Virus record (IMG/VR): IMGVR_UViG_3300049020_000013
Location: 1-55,848 of that record
Reading direction: 5' to 3' (one strand)
Length of the DNA stretch: 55,848 nt
From: a virus
Lineage: Duplodnaviria; Caudoviricetes
Positions 26,506-36,501 of the stretch are shown here, piece after piece. Every line of letters begins with the position of its first letter. Positions within the stretch are counted from its first letter, which is position 1. The notes beneath the pieces are model-generated. The model was not told where the DNA came from and did no database searches. It saw nothing but the letters and a program-made list of their open reading frames with translations. The translations under genes were made by a program, and so were the position numbers.

Positions 26506-28535
26506 TGGCACGACTCCCTAGCGCCCAAGACCTCGGCGAGCGCCCGACGCCTCGCCCGGCCGGTGGCATTGCCAGCTACACGCCATCGCGCGACAACCTT
26601 GGGGCGCAGGTGTCGGAGGCCGGGCAGGAAGTCATTCAGGCCTCCCGGATCCTGGAGGAGTCCAACGCGCGCCAGGACACCATCGCCGCGGAGGCTGCGC
26701 TCAACAAGCTTCAAGAGCAGCGCCTGACGTTGGAGCACGACGAGCAGACGGGATTCCGTCGCGTGAAAGAGGGTGGGGCGGTCGGCCAGAAGTTCATGGA
26801 CGACTACCTTGGTCGCTTCAACCAGGCGGCCTCGCTCATAGAGGAAGGCCTTTCCAACGAGAACCAGAAGGCACTCTTCAAGCAGCGGATTCCCGTGGTC
26901 GGCCTGCAGTACCGGGCCTCCCTCATGGAGCACCAGTCGCGACAGACGGATGCCTTCAACGACTCCACCGAGCGGGGCGCCATCGAGCTGCAGTTGCAGT
27001 CGGCCGCTATGCGCCCGGATGATGAGGTGGGCCTACAAACCTCGCTCGTCCGGATCAATGCCACCGTGGATCGGATGGCGGAGCGCAAGGGGCTATCGAC
27101 TGAAGAGGCCTCAGTTCTGAAGGGGGAGTACGGCAGCGCCGCCTATGCCGCCCGGGTGCAGTCGCACCTGATCGGCATCCCTGGTGTAGTGGATGCGAAC
27201 CCGTACACCGCCCTCGCCATGATCGAGCGCGACCGGGAAAAGATGCTCCCGGACACAGTGCTGGACCTGACCCACAAGGCCATGTCATCGATCCGCATGC
27301 TGGAGAACCAGCGGCGCATTGAGCAAGACCGCGCACTGAAAGACGCGGAGCAGGAAGTCAAAGGGCTGGCCGAGTTCGCGATGACAGGCGCCAACCCGGA
27401 CGACGCTTACGAATCTCAGGTGCTGATGAAGACGGCCGGGACGCCGTTCGAGCCACAGGCCCGGCAACTCCTGCAGCAGGCGAAGGCCGGTGCCATGCAT
27501 GGCTCTCAATCGATCCCGCAGCAGCAGGCCTCAATCCGCACCGCTGAAGCGGCCCTGGCCAATGGCACCAGCCCAGAGGCTGAGAAGCTGATCGCCAGAG
27601 CGCGGCAGATCACCGCGACGCAAGAGGCGGCCTACAAGGAGAACCCGTGGGCGGCGAGCGCCAGATTCCAGCGCCTGCCGGCGGTGCCGGATGTGCCGCT
27701 ACCAAGCGCAGAGGATGTGCCGTCCTACGTGGCGAAGGTGCTGCCCATGATGAGTGTCGTGGAAACCGCGGGCGGGGCGCCCGTTTCTCCGCTACAGCCG
27801 GCACAGGCGAAGGCCTTCGTGGACCAATTGCAGGCGCTGCCTGTGGGGCCACGGTCTGAGGTGCTCGCAAAGACGGGGCAGTTGCTGGACGCGCCGCGCG
27901 TTGACGTACTCGCAGAGCAACTGGACCATGCGAATCGGCCGCTGGCGCTGTCACTGAAGCTTGGTTCTGCCGGCACAACGGCGGGACGGATGGTGTCCGA
28001 GCTGGTCTTGCGTGGCGCCGACGCCATCCGCGACAAGGCCGTCAAGCGCGACGACGCCACGCTGACCGGGTGGCGCGCAGAGCTATCCCGGATGGTCGGC
28101 GGCGCACTTGGCAACTCCAAGGATGAAAAGGATGTCATCGACGCGGCCTATTACGTGCGCGTTGCCATGGAGCACGAGGGGTCCGCAGTCCCCGGCTTTG
28201 AACTGACGGCTAGCAACGAGAACGCCGTCAAGATGGTGATCGGTCAGCCGGTAGAGCGTGCCGGCGTGAAGACCATCCTTCCGCGAGGGATGGACGAACA
28301 CCAGTTCGACTTCAGGCTGCGCCAGTACACGCCAGACAAGCTTGCGTTGTACGCCCCCGCTCATGCGGTGTGGGTGCGTGGGCAGCAACGGTCACTGGCG
28401 TCCCTGTCGTCGGCCCTGCCCAGCATGGGGCTGCGACGCGATGCAGACGGGCGCTACATCCCCGTATCGGCCGGCGCTCCGGTCACGATCGATGAGGCGG
28501 GCACGCAGCTGCTCAGGCTGGAGGTGGCCCCATGA
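26505..28535 (+). CDS. Internal virion (ejection) protein
   Basis: About 676 aa, helical; starts MARLP; position in the ejection module. Confidence 0.7.
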   Translation: MARLPSAQDLGERPTPRPAGGIASYTPSRDNLGAQVSEAGQEVIQASRILEESNARQDTIAAEAALNKLQEQRLTLEHDEQTGFRRVKEGGAVGQKFMDDYLGRFNQAASLIEEGLSNENQKALFKQRIPVVGLQYRASLMEHQSRQTDAFNDSTERGAIELQLQSAAMRPDDEVGLQTSLVRINATVDRMAERKGLSTEEASVLKGEYGSAAYAARVQSHLIGIPGVVDANPYTALAMIERDREKMLPDTVLDLTHKAMSSIRMLENQRRIEQDRALKDAEQEVKGLAEFAMTGANPDDAYESQVLMKTAGTPFEPQARQLLQQAKAGAMHGSQSIPQQQASIRTAEAALANGTSPEAEKLIARARQITATQEAAYKENPWAASARFQRLPAVPDVPLPSAEDVPSYVAKVLPMMSVVETAGGAPVSPLQPAQAKAFVDQLQALPVGPRSEVLAKTGQLLDAPRVDVLAEQLDHANRPLALSLKLGSAGTTAGRMVSELVLRGADAIRDKAVKRDDATLTGWRAELSRMVGGALGNSKDEKDVIDAAYYVRVAMEHEGSAVPGFELTASNENAVKMVIGQPVERAGVKTILPRGMDEHQFDFRLRQYTPDKLALYAPAHAVWVRGQQRSLASLSSALPSMGLRRDADGRYIPVSAGAPVTIDEAGTQLLRLEVAP

Positions 28536-30811
28536 CGCGGCGCGCCTTCGGGAGCTTGTACGCGGATGACACCGAGGCAGCGCTGTCCATGTGGGCGCGC
28601 AACCCTGGCCCGGTCCCGGAGGCCAGTTCGTTCAGCGCATGGAGCGCGCTTTCCGCCGGTGCCAAAGGCCTTCCATCTGCGGCACTGGAGCGCGCCGGCT
28701 CGATTGCTGATGTGCTGTCTGGCTTTGCCACGGCGGCGGCGGCCTCTGGCGGCACCGGGCAAGGTATGTTCTCCGTGCCCACGGCGGACGAGTCCAAGCA
28801 GGAGGCCGAGGCGCGCGATCGCATGCTCAAGGGCGATGCCTTCGACACCGCAGCCGGGAATGCGCTGCGCCGCAAGGCCGATGAGTTTGCGCCCAACCCC
28901 GAGACGGCGCACACGGCTGACCGGGTGATGCATGGGCTGGTCAAGAACGTGGCCAAGGCGGTGGCAGACATCTCCACCATGGGGCCTGCGGGCGCGGTCG
29001 TGTTCGGCGCCGAAGCCGGGAATACGGATGCCCAGCGCCTCATCGAGCAAGGCGTTGACCCGGTGACGGCGGCCAAGGTCGGCGTGACCACAGCGGCCGT
29101 GCAGGGTGCCAGTGTTGCTCTGCCGGCTGTCGGCCCGACCATCGGGAAGACCATCGGACGTGCCCTGGCGGGCGGTCCGGTGTCCTACGTGGCGCAGGAG
29201 GGCATCGCACGGAAGATCCTCCAGGAGGCGTCGTACAGCGACCTGGCCGCACAGCATGACCCATTCGACCCGCTGGGGCTCACGCTGTCTACCGTCATCC
29301 CTGGTGTGATTGGCGGCGTCCACATCCGCGGCCTGAAGAAGACGGCCGTGGAAGACGTGGTGAAGCACATCGAGAGCGGTGGCCGGCGATACGGCAAGGA
29401 CGGCGAGCTGCTGACCAGCGCGAAGGGCGCGCAGGGCGAAATGCAGGTGATGCCGAACACCGCAAAGGATCCTGGCTTTGGTGTCACGCCAGCGCGCGAC
29501 AACAGCCCCGAGGAGCTGGCCCGTGTGGGGCGCGACTACCTCGCAGCCATGCAGCAGCGGTATGGCGGCGACACGGACAAGGCCCTGGCGGCATACAACG
29601 CCGGCCCCGGAGCAGTGGATGCCGCAGTCAAGAAGGGCGGCGCCGATTGGCTGAAGTCCATGCCGGAGGAGACGAAGGCATACGTTGCGAAGGCCAACAA
29701 GCTTCTGGGTGAGGCGACGGCAGCGAAGGGTGCGGAAGATCCGGCGGTGGTGGACGCGGCCCGGGTGAAGGTGGCCGACGAAGCGCTGGCCCGCAGCCTG
29801 CCGGACACGCCGACTGCACATGCCGACGTGCTCAAGGCGACGGATGAGATCGCGGCAGGCCGCATGCCGGATGTGCCGCCGGTGCGGGACATTGATCTGC
29901 CGACGTTCAGAGACTGGTTCGGCGGGTCGAAGGTGGTCGACGAAAGGGGTGAGCCGCTGGTCATGTACCACGGCACAGGTAGCAACGTGGAGGCATTCGA
30001 CCCTGGCCGCCCTGGTCCGCATGCCGACATTGGTGCCGTGTTTCTCACGGCTGACCCGTCAGTGGCTGGCCACTATGCGCAGGCCGGGGCGATGTTCGGG
30101 GACCGCTCGCCCAATGTGATCCCGGCCTATGTGCGAGCGGAGCGCCCGTTCGATTACGAAAACGCCGCCCAGCGGGCCGCGATTGTCGATCGCGTGTTTG
30201 AGACCACGCCGACACATGTGCAGGGCGACGGACAAAAAGCACTCATCCTGGACGGCAAGCAGACGCTCTATACAAAGGGCGTGCTTGATGCCGGGCTTGC
30301 CGATGGTCGTAACTGGGCACTCATTGAACAGAAGCCGATTCAAGACGCGATCAAGGGTCTCGGGCATGACGGGTTCTATGTCAACGAGGACACCAAGAAC
30401 CTCGCCGTGTATGACCCATCGCAAGTCAAGTCGGCCATCGGAAACAGCGGCAAGTTCGACCCCAACAGTCCAAGCCTGACAGACCCACTGCGCCCTGGCG
30501 AAGTGAACCCGCGTGACGTGGCCCGCGACGCGGCTGGCAACGCGCTGCCTCGCCCTGACAGCGTGAGCCTGGAGCCAGAGACGGCGAGGGCGTCCGGCGA
30601 TACCAAGGCCGACGATGGCGGGGCAGACCAAGCCCGCCTCAAGCAGCTGCTGGACGAGCGGCCCGACCTGAAGGTGAGGCTTCCTGGTTCGGAAGAAACC
30701 GTGCCAGTGGAAGAGGCGCTGCTACGCGCCCATGAAGCCTACGACGAAGAAGTGAGCTTCGCGCAGCTGGTCAAGGTGGCCGCTGAGTGTGCACTCATGA
30801 ACGGGGCCTAG
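28532..30811 (+). CDS. Ejection protein with lytic transglycosylase (SLT) and ADP-ribosyltransferase-like (ART-PolyVal) domains
   Basis: IESGG...SAKGAQGEMQVMPNTA...ALAAYNAGPG (SLT); FRDWFGGSKVVDERGEPLVMYHGT...GHDG...VYDPSQVKSAIGNSGKFD (ART-PolyVal-like). Confidence 0.8.
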   Translation: MTRRAFGSLYADDTEAALSMWARNPGPVPEASSFSAWSALSAGAKGLPSAALERAGSIADVLSGFATAAAASGGTGQGMFSVPTADESKQEAEARDRMLKGDAFDTAAGNALRRKADEFAPNPETAHTADRVMHGLVKNVAKAVADISTMGPAGAVVFGAEAGNTDAQRLIEQGVDPVTAAKVGVTTAAVQGASVALPAVGPTIGKTIGRALAGGPVSYVAQEGIARKILQEASYSDLAAQHDPFDPLGLTLSTVIPGVIGGVHIRGLKKTAVEDVVKHIESGGRRYGKDGELLTSAKGAQGEMQVMPNTAKDPGFGVTPARDNSPEELARVGRDYLAAMQQRYGGDTDKALAAYNAGPGAVDAAVKKGGADWLKSMPEETKAYVAKANKLLGEATAAKGAEDPAVVDAARVKVADEALARSLPDTPTAHADVLKATDEIAAGRMPDVPPVRDIDLPTFRDWFGGSKVVDERGEPLVMYHGTGSNVEAFDPGRPGPHADIGAVFLTADPSVAGHYAQAGAMFGDRSPNVIPAYVRAERPFDYENAAQRAAIVDRVFETTPTHVQGDGQKALILDGKQTLYTKGVLDAGLADGRNWALIEQKPIQDAIKGLGHDGFYVNEDTKNLAVYDPSQVKSAIGNSGKFDPNSPSLTDPLRPGEVNPRDVARDAAGNALPRPDSVSLEPETARASGDTKADDGGADQARLKQLLDERPDLKVRLPGSEETVPVEEALLRAHEAYDEEVSFAQLVKVAAECALMNGA

Positions 30812-30993
30812 CGACCAAAGATGAGCAGCCACAGCCCAACCAGGATGCCCGGCGACGCAATGGCCAGCAGGATTGCTGTGCTCTGCCACCACGCTTTCCA
30901 GGCCGTGCGCCAGTTGCTCTGTGCGCCAACGATGAGCGGCACCACGAGCGTGAAGCAAAAGATGACCAGCGCGAGCTGCGGTACGCGTTCCAC
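30808..30993 (-). CDS. Counter-oriented small two-TM membrane protein (moron; possible superinfection exclusion)
   Basis: GTG start; ERVPQLALVIFCFTLVVPLIVG...WWQSTAILLAIASPGILVGLWLLIFGR fills the gap between two ejection genes. Confidence 0.55.
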   Translation of the reverse strand: MERVPQLALVIFCFTLVVPLIVGAQSNWRTAWKAWWQSTAILLAIASPGILVGLWLLIFGR

Positions 30994-31011
30994 GCCGGGG
31001 AGGATACACCC

Positions 31012-33528
31012 ATGATCCCGAAGTGCAGGCAGCTGATTGATGAGGCCGCCGTCGCCATGGGGCGAGCAGCGCCCACGGATGCCCAGGCCAAGGCCATCGA
31101 GGACCAAATCTCGTCCCATATGCGCCGACTGGCGCGCGAACAAGGGGCGAACTGGCGAGCCATGGCGCGCGACCAGCAGGTGAGCGAGGCCGCCAAGGCG
31201 GCAATCGCCGACATCCGAGCGCAGGCGCAGCGCAAGCTGGACAACGCCGAGCGGCAGGTCATCAAGATCGCCGAGACCGAGAACCGAGTTGCTGCGCTGC
31301 AAGAGTCGTTGGCGGGAACGGGCGGGCACACCGGAACCATATCCGAGGCATTCAAGGCCGACATGGTGAACGTGAGCCACCAGATGGCCGCAGAGCGAAA
31401 GATTGCGTTCGGCAATCTCATGAGCCTCATTGAGGCGGCGGGCGACAAGGCCGGCGTCGGCATGGGGCGCAAGTTCCTGATGTTGGCGTTCGGCGCCGAG
31501 AACCGCGCCATGACCGCCGACATCGTTCGCGAGGTGTTCAGGCAGGCGGACGGCTCGACGGGGAACAAGGTCGCATCCGCGGCGGCCAGGGCATGGCTGG
31601 ACACCGTTGAAGGTTTGCGCACGCGCTTCAATGCGGCCGGCGGCGATGTCGGCAAGCTGGACTATGGTTGGCTTCCGCAGCCATGGGACACGGCCAAGGT
31701 GCGCAATGGACGTGATGCGTTCGCACAGTTCCTGCTGGACAAGGTAGACCGCACACGCTACCTGCGTGAAGACGGTTCGCTGATGAACGATCAGGAGGTG
31801 TTCGACCTCCTGAATGCGTCGGTGGAAACACTGGCCACGGGCGGGCTGAACAAGACCGAACCCGGGCAGTTCAAGGGCACGGGCGCCAGGGCGAACCGTG
31901 GCGGCGAGTCGCGCCAGATCCACTTCAAGGACGGCGATGCGTGGCTAGCCGTCATGGAGCGGTACGGGAGCGGCAGCCTGTATGACGCCATGATGGGCCA
32001 TATCGGCGGGGTCACCCGTGACATCACGCTCGTGGAGCGCTACGGGCCAGATGCCAACGCCACCGCGAGGCTGCAAATGGATGCGGCCGTGCGTGCCGAT
32101 GAAGCAACCCCGAGTAAGCCGGTCGGCACATTCGAGATCAACCCCCAGACCTATTGGGACATGATCACCGGCAAGACCGGGGCGCCCGCAGATGGAACGC
32201 TGGCGCGAACCATGAGCACGGTTCGCAACCTTCAGACGGCCGCCAAGCTCGGGGCCGCGGTCGTGTCCAGCGTCACAGACCTCGGGACACTGGCCATCAC
32301 CGCCGGCTACAACCGTCTGCCGTACTGGCAACTCATCAAGGACATTGGCTCCCAGGCATCGAAAGAGACACGGGACTTCATGTCCGCGCACGGCATGATC
32401 GCCGAGAGCGTGGCCGATAGTCTGAACCGCTGGAGTGGCGACCACCTCGGGTCGAACTGGAGCGGAAAGCTGGCGAACGCCGTCATGCGCTTGTCGCTGC
32501 TCAACGCCTGGACCGATGGGCTCCGCCAGGGCTTCACGCTCACGATGAACGCCGGGTTGGCCCGCATAGCCAAGACGGAGTGGGCCGCGCTCACCGAGTT
32601 TGACCGATCACGCCTTACGCGCAACGGCATCACCGAAGCCGACTGGCAAGTGCTCAATGGCATCGCGCCCACCAGCTTCAAGGGCCGCGAGTTGTTGGCC
32701 CCGCAGTCCATCGCACAAAGTGGCCATGAGCGAGCCAACGAGCTGGCGGCCAAGGTGTTCGGCTTCATCCACGACGAATCCGAATTCGCGGTGGTGAACC
32801 CCGACATTAGGTCCCGGGCCATTGTCACCGGAGGCGGCATGCAGGCCGGCACGCCGATGGGGGAAATCATGCGCACGGTGATGCAGTTCAAGAGCTTCCC
32901 CATTGCCATGATCACCCGGCACTGGGCGCGCATGCTGGAGGGCGACCATGGCGCTGATGGCGCCCCATTGCTGGCCAATCGAGCGTTATATGGATTCGCC
33001 ATCATGGCAACCACCATGGGTCTTGGTGCCATCGCTACCCAGGAGAAGCAGATCCTGGCCGGCAAAGACCCCATCGACATGACGAACGGTCGATTCTGGG
33101 CAAAGGCGGTGGCGCAGGGTGGCGGCTTCGGCATCGCGGGCGACCTGTTCCTGATCGACCCGTCCGGAAGCGCCACCGATACGTCAACCACAGCCATCAA
33201 GAACCTTGTCGGCCCGACCGTGGGCACGGCGGCTGAGCTGGTGCTGAAGAACATCACCGAGAACATCTGGCAGGCCGCGGAAGGCAAGGACACCCACTGG
33301 CAGGCGGAGCTTGCGAACTGGGCCAAGTCAAACACGCCGGGCGCATCGCTGTGGTGGCTCAAGCCAATGATCGATCACGGCTTCATGAACGCTGTGATGG
33401 AGAGCTTGAGCCCGGGCTATCTGTCCCGCATGGAGCAGCGAGCCCAGAAGGATTGGGGGCAGCGGTACTGGTGGAAGCCACGGGAAGCAACACCACAACG
33501 CGCGCCTGACCTGGAGGCGGCACTGTGA
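31012..33528 (+). CDS. Large internal virion (ejection) protein
   Basis: About 838 aa; RFNAAGGDVGKL..GWLPQ, MQFKSFP; GAGG Shine-Dalgarno before ATG 31012. Confidence 0.75.
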   Translation: MIPKCRQLIDEAAVAMGRAAPTDAQAKAIEDQISSHMRRLAREQGANWRAMARDQQVSEAAKAAIADIRAQAQRKLDNAERQVIKIAETENRVAALQESLAGTGGHTGTISEAFKADMVNVSHQMAAERKIAFGNLMSLIEAAGDKAGVGMGRKFLMLAFGAENRAMTADIVREVFRQADGSTGNKVASAAARAWLDTVEGLRTRFNAAGGDVGKLDYGWLPQPWDTAKVRNGRDAFAQFLLDKVDRTRYLREDGSLMNDQEVFDLLNASVETLATGGLNKTEPGQFKGTGARANRGGESRQIHFKDGDAWLAVMERYGSGSLYDAMMGHIGGVTRDITLVERYGPDANATARLQMDAAVRADEATPSKPVGTFEINPQTYWDMITGKTGAPADGTLARTMSTVRNLQTAAKLGAAVVSSVTDLGTLAITAGYNRLPYWQLIKDIGSQASKETRDFMSAHGMIAESVADSLNRWSGDHLGSNWSGKLANAVMRLSLLNAWTDGLRQGFTLTMNAGLARIAKTEWAALTEFDRSRLTRNGITEADWQVLNGIAPTSFKGRELLAPQSIAQSGHERANELAAKVFGFIHDESEFAVVNPDIRSRAIVTGGGMQAGTPMGEIMRTVMQFKSFPIAMITRHWARMLEGDHGADGAPLLANRALYGFAIMATTMGLGAIATQEKQILAGKDPIDMTNGRFWAKAVAQGGGFGIAGDLFLIDPSGSATDTSTTAIKNLVGPTVGTAAELVLKNITENIWQAAEGKDTHWQAELANWAKSNTPGASLWWLKPMIDHGFMNAVMESLSPGYLSRMEQRAQKDWGQRYWWKPREATPQRAPDLEAAL

Positions 33529-33616
33529 ACACGATCAATCGACGCCCCGGCCCCGCTTGCGGAGTCTCCTCCTCGCCGCTGGCGGGGTCGGTGCGCGTCG
33601 GCCATGGAGTTGCGAC

Positions 33617-35461
33617 ATGACATCGGTAACGACTGACCGCCGCTTTGGTGTGAGCGGCAACCTTGCGTTCAAGGCGCCAGTTCGCGTCGCGACCACAACG
33701 AACATCACGCTCTCTGGTCTACAGACCATCGATGGCGTGACGGTCATCGATGATGACCGTGTACTGATCAAAAACCAGACGGACGCCAGCGAGAACGGTA
33801 TCTACGTTGCCTCCACAGGCGCATGGCAGCGTGCCGTGGATGCAAACGGCAATCGCGACTTCGTCAAGGGCACCGCCGTCCTTGTTACCGACGGGAGCAC
33901 GCAGGCGGGACAGTTCTGGCAGATCACGGCTGACAACCCCATCACGATTGGCACGACGGCGATTACGTGGGGCCTTTCGCTCACGGCCAGCGCCTCGACG
34001 CTTTCATTTATTGCTGCCGGGGCTGGCGCCGTTAGCCGCACCCTCCAAGACAAAGAGAGGGACTGGGTTCACATCCGCGATTTTGGTGGGTCCACGGCGG
34101 CAACCGCTGCGACGAATACGACAGCACTTCTGAATGCCATGGCGGCGGTTGGAAGTGGCGGGGGTGTTCTTATAGGTCCAGGCGGGGTATGGGAGTTTAC
34201 TGCTGGGACAAACTTCGCGGCCACAAGGGTTGCGTTGTATGGAATCGGGCTTCCCACGCTGGATTTCTCGGCAGGGTCTGGGGCGGGTTTCAAGCTGGAT
34301 GGCATCTCCTCCTATGTGCAGGAGATGGTTATGAAGGACTTCATCATCAAAGGCGGCCCAGCGATCACCGATGCCCTCCACATCCGTCGCATCGTCAGAT
34401 CTAAATTCGAGAACATTCGCGTAAAAGAGGCTACGGACAACGGTTTCGCGCTGCGCCACAGCGTCCTAAACACGTTCGTGTCCTGCGCGATCAGCGACGA
34501 TGTTGAAGCCCAAACGACTCGCCCCACGAACTACTGGCTCCTAGAGGACGACGGGACGGTTGGCAACCATACGCAGGCGAATGTATTCGTTAACTGCGAA
34601 GCCAGCGGGCAAGGCGCCGGCTCAACGAAAACCGGCTGGTCCCTGGAGAACGCGATTCTCAATGTGTGGGATGGCGGGACTGCCGAGTCGTGCAACATCG
34701 GCGTGGACATCCGTGATGACGTGTGCCGGATGAATTCATGGTACGGGTTTGACATGGAGGACAACCAGACATATGACGCGCGACTAAAAGGGTTCTCAAA
34801 CAACTTCTACAGCTCATTCGCCCAATCAGCTGGTGGCTCCGTGGTGGATAACATCAGCATCTCGACAGGGTTCAACTGCGCGTTCACGGGTGGCTATTAC
34901 CGAAAGGTCAATTGCGGAGCGAGTTCCGGCGATACGACATTCATCGGCGTCACGTTTGACGACAACGCATCGAACGGAATTCAGGGAACCGGTTCGTTCA
35001 AGCGCTACAACTGCATTACCAATACTGGTGGCGTTGGGGGCGCGAAGACAGGGACGCTTCGCGACATCCTTGGTCCCAGGGCGGCTGTCACACTGACATC
35101 TGCACAGGGCATTACGCCGACCTCAACGATCACGAAGAACGAGGCCACGGTTTACGGGGTCATGGTAAATGTCCACGGACAGTTGAATTACACGTCCAGC
35201 GGGACAGCCGCGAACTCCATCGTGGTTGACATTGAGTCCACGTACGCGGCCAAGGCGACCGTCTCCGGGTTGCCAGTGGGCAACTTCCTGTACACGGTCG
35301 CCGCCACCAGCGTGCGCTACTCTGGGTCAGCGTTCCTGAACGGCGCCAGCGAACTGCTGTTCGCGGCCAGCAGCAGCACTGGCAACTTCGGCATTTCCCC
35401 GGCAGTGACGATTGCCAACGGCGATGTCCTGCAGTTCTCCGTCACCTACCCAATGGAGTGA
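33617..35461 (+). CDS. Tailspike / receptor-binding protein (conserved N-terminal anchor plus beta-helix)
   Basis: KAPVRVATTTNITLSGLQTIDGV...RVLIKNQT..SENGIY; GAVSRTLQDK...IRDFG neck; Asn/Gly-rich pectin-lyase-like body. Confidence 0.85.
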   Translation: MTSVTTDRRFGVSGNLAFKAPVRVATTTNITLSGLQTIDGVTVIDDDRVLIKNQTDASENGIYVASTGAWQRAVDANGNRDFVKGTAVLVTDGSTQAGQFWQITADNPITIGTTAITWGLSLTASASTLSFIAAGAGAVSRTLQDKERDWVHIRDFGGSTAATAATNTTALLNAMAAVGSGGGVLIGPGGVWEFTAGTNFAATRVALYGIGLPTLDFSAGSGAGFKLDGISSYVQEMVMKDFIIKGGPAITDALHIRRIVRSKFENIRVKEATDNGFALRHSVLNTFVSCAISDDVEAQTTRPTNYWLLEDDGTVGNHTQANVFVNCEASGQGAGSTKTGWSLENAILNVWDGGTAESCNIGVDIRDDVCRMNSWYGFDMEDNQTYDARLKGFSNNFYSSFAQSAGGSVVDNISISTGFNCAFTGGYYRKVNCGASSGDTTFIGVTFDDNASNGIQGTGSFKRYNCITNTGGVGGAKTGTLRDILGPRAAVTLTSAQGITPTSTITKNEATVYGVMVNVHGQLNYTSSGTAANSIVVDIESTYAAKATVSGLPVGNFLYTVAATSVRYSGSAFLNGASELLFAASSSTGNFGISPAVTIANGDVLQFSVTYPME

Positions 35462-35467
35462 CGGGTG

Positions 35468-36160
35468 TCAGCTACAAAGCAGCTCGGCCACTACCGGCTC
35501 AAGCGCTGGCCCGGTCACATCGCGTCCGATCCGTTGATACAACTCATCGCTTGGATGCGCGTTGTCAGGAATGAGCGTCCGCCAGTCAGGAAGAGCAGAC
35601 GTGTAGGCGTAGACGTCGGCGAGCGGGGCGCCAACCTCGGCGGCCACCTCGCGCATGGTCTGAGCGTAGTCCGCGATGTCGAAGGACTTGACCACGTTCG
35701 GGGTCTGGAAAACTACGCGAGCCGGCGCAATGGCAAGACGCTTCAGGTTCGCCCTGTATTCGGCGATGTCGTTGATCTGGTTGCGGTCGTTGATTCCGAA
35801 GTTCACCACAACGATATCCGCGTTCACGGGTTGCGGCCACGGCGAATTCACACCATCAGTGCCAGTGAGAAGATGGCGCGCGGTTGTCCCGGAGGCGGCG
35901 CGCGAGGTGACAAGTACGCGACCGGGGTAGCGCGCATCGAAAAACGCTTGCACGTTCACGAGCGGGGTGTGGACGGCGTAGGTGTCGACTTGCGCACCGT
36001 CGTAGCCGGCCATTGTGGAGTCGCCGAAAAGCTGCACGGTCACGGTGGAGCGGCAGCCCGCCTGAGTCGGCGCCGAAGCATCGTCTTCGGCGTCGCCGCC
36101 GCCTCCACACGCGGAGAGCATGACGACAAGGGCCAGTATGGCCAGAATGCGGGTAGCCAT
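35468..36160 (-). CDS. SGNH/GDSL esterase lipoprotein (counter-oriented moron)
   Basis: Lipobox LSAC; blocks FGDS, ASG, NFGIND, DNAHP. Confidence 0.88.
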   Translation of the reverse strand: MATRILAILALVVMLSACGGGGDAEDDASAPTQAGCRSTVTVQLFGDSTMAGYDGAQVDTYAVHTPLVNVQAFFDARYPGRVLVTSRAASGTTARHLLTGTDGVNSPWPQPVNADIVVVNFGINDRNQINDIAEYRANLKRLAIAPARVVFQTPNVVKSFDIADYAQTMREVAAEVGAPLADVYAYTSALPDWRTLIPDNAHPSDELYQRIGRDVTGPALEPVVAELLCS

Positions 36161-36303
36161 GTGAAGCCTCCAGTACAGGTTTCCTTGGTCAGAGGCCCGG
36201 CCGGTGTTACCAGCACCGCGACCGGGCCTCGCCTTTATCGGCTGCCTGCGCAACGTTTGCAATCCCCCATAAGGGCCAGCCAACCGATGGCGGCGCGCCG
36301 GAA

Positions 36304-36501
36304 ATGAGCATGGACGACCGCATTACAGACGACAAACCGCTCACCGAATCGGACATCGAGAGGATCGCCGAGAAGGCTGCCGAGCGAGCACTGGAGAAGG
36401 TCTACAGCGAGGTTGGGCGGTCAGTAGTGAAGAAGGGCCTGTGGATCGTTGGCGCGCTGGCGATTGGGTTTGCGGCCGCGAAGGGGTGGCTCAAACCATG
36501 A
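36304..36501 (+). CDS. Small membrane protein (holin/antiholin-like)
   Basis: One C-terminal TM segment; first gene of the lysis region; tandem M-S-M start. Confidence 0.55.
   Translation: MSMDDRITDDKPLTESDIERIAEKAAERALEKVYSEVGRSVVKKGLWIVGALAIGFAAAKGWLKP

Noticed and set aside
28454-33362. Long antisense ORFs (e.g. 28454-30022, 30795-31655, 32307-33362)
   Set aside because: Shadow frames of high-GC genes with no recognisable motifs
33617-36500. Diversity-generating retroelement (BPP-1-like virion)
   Set aside because: No reverse transcriptase and no template/variable repeat pair seen
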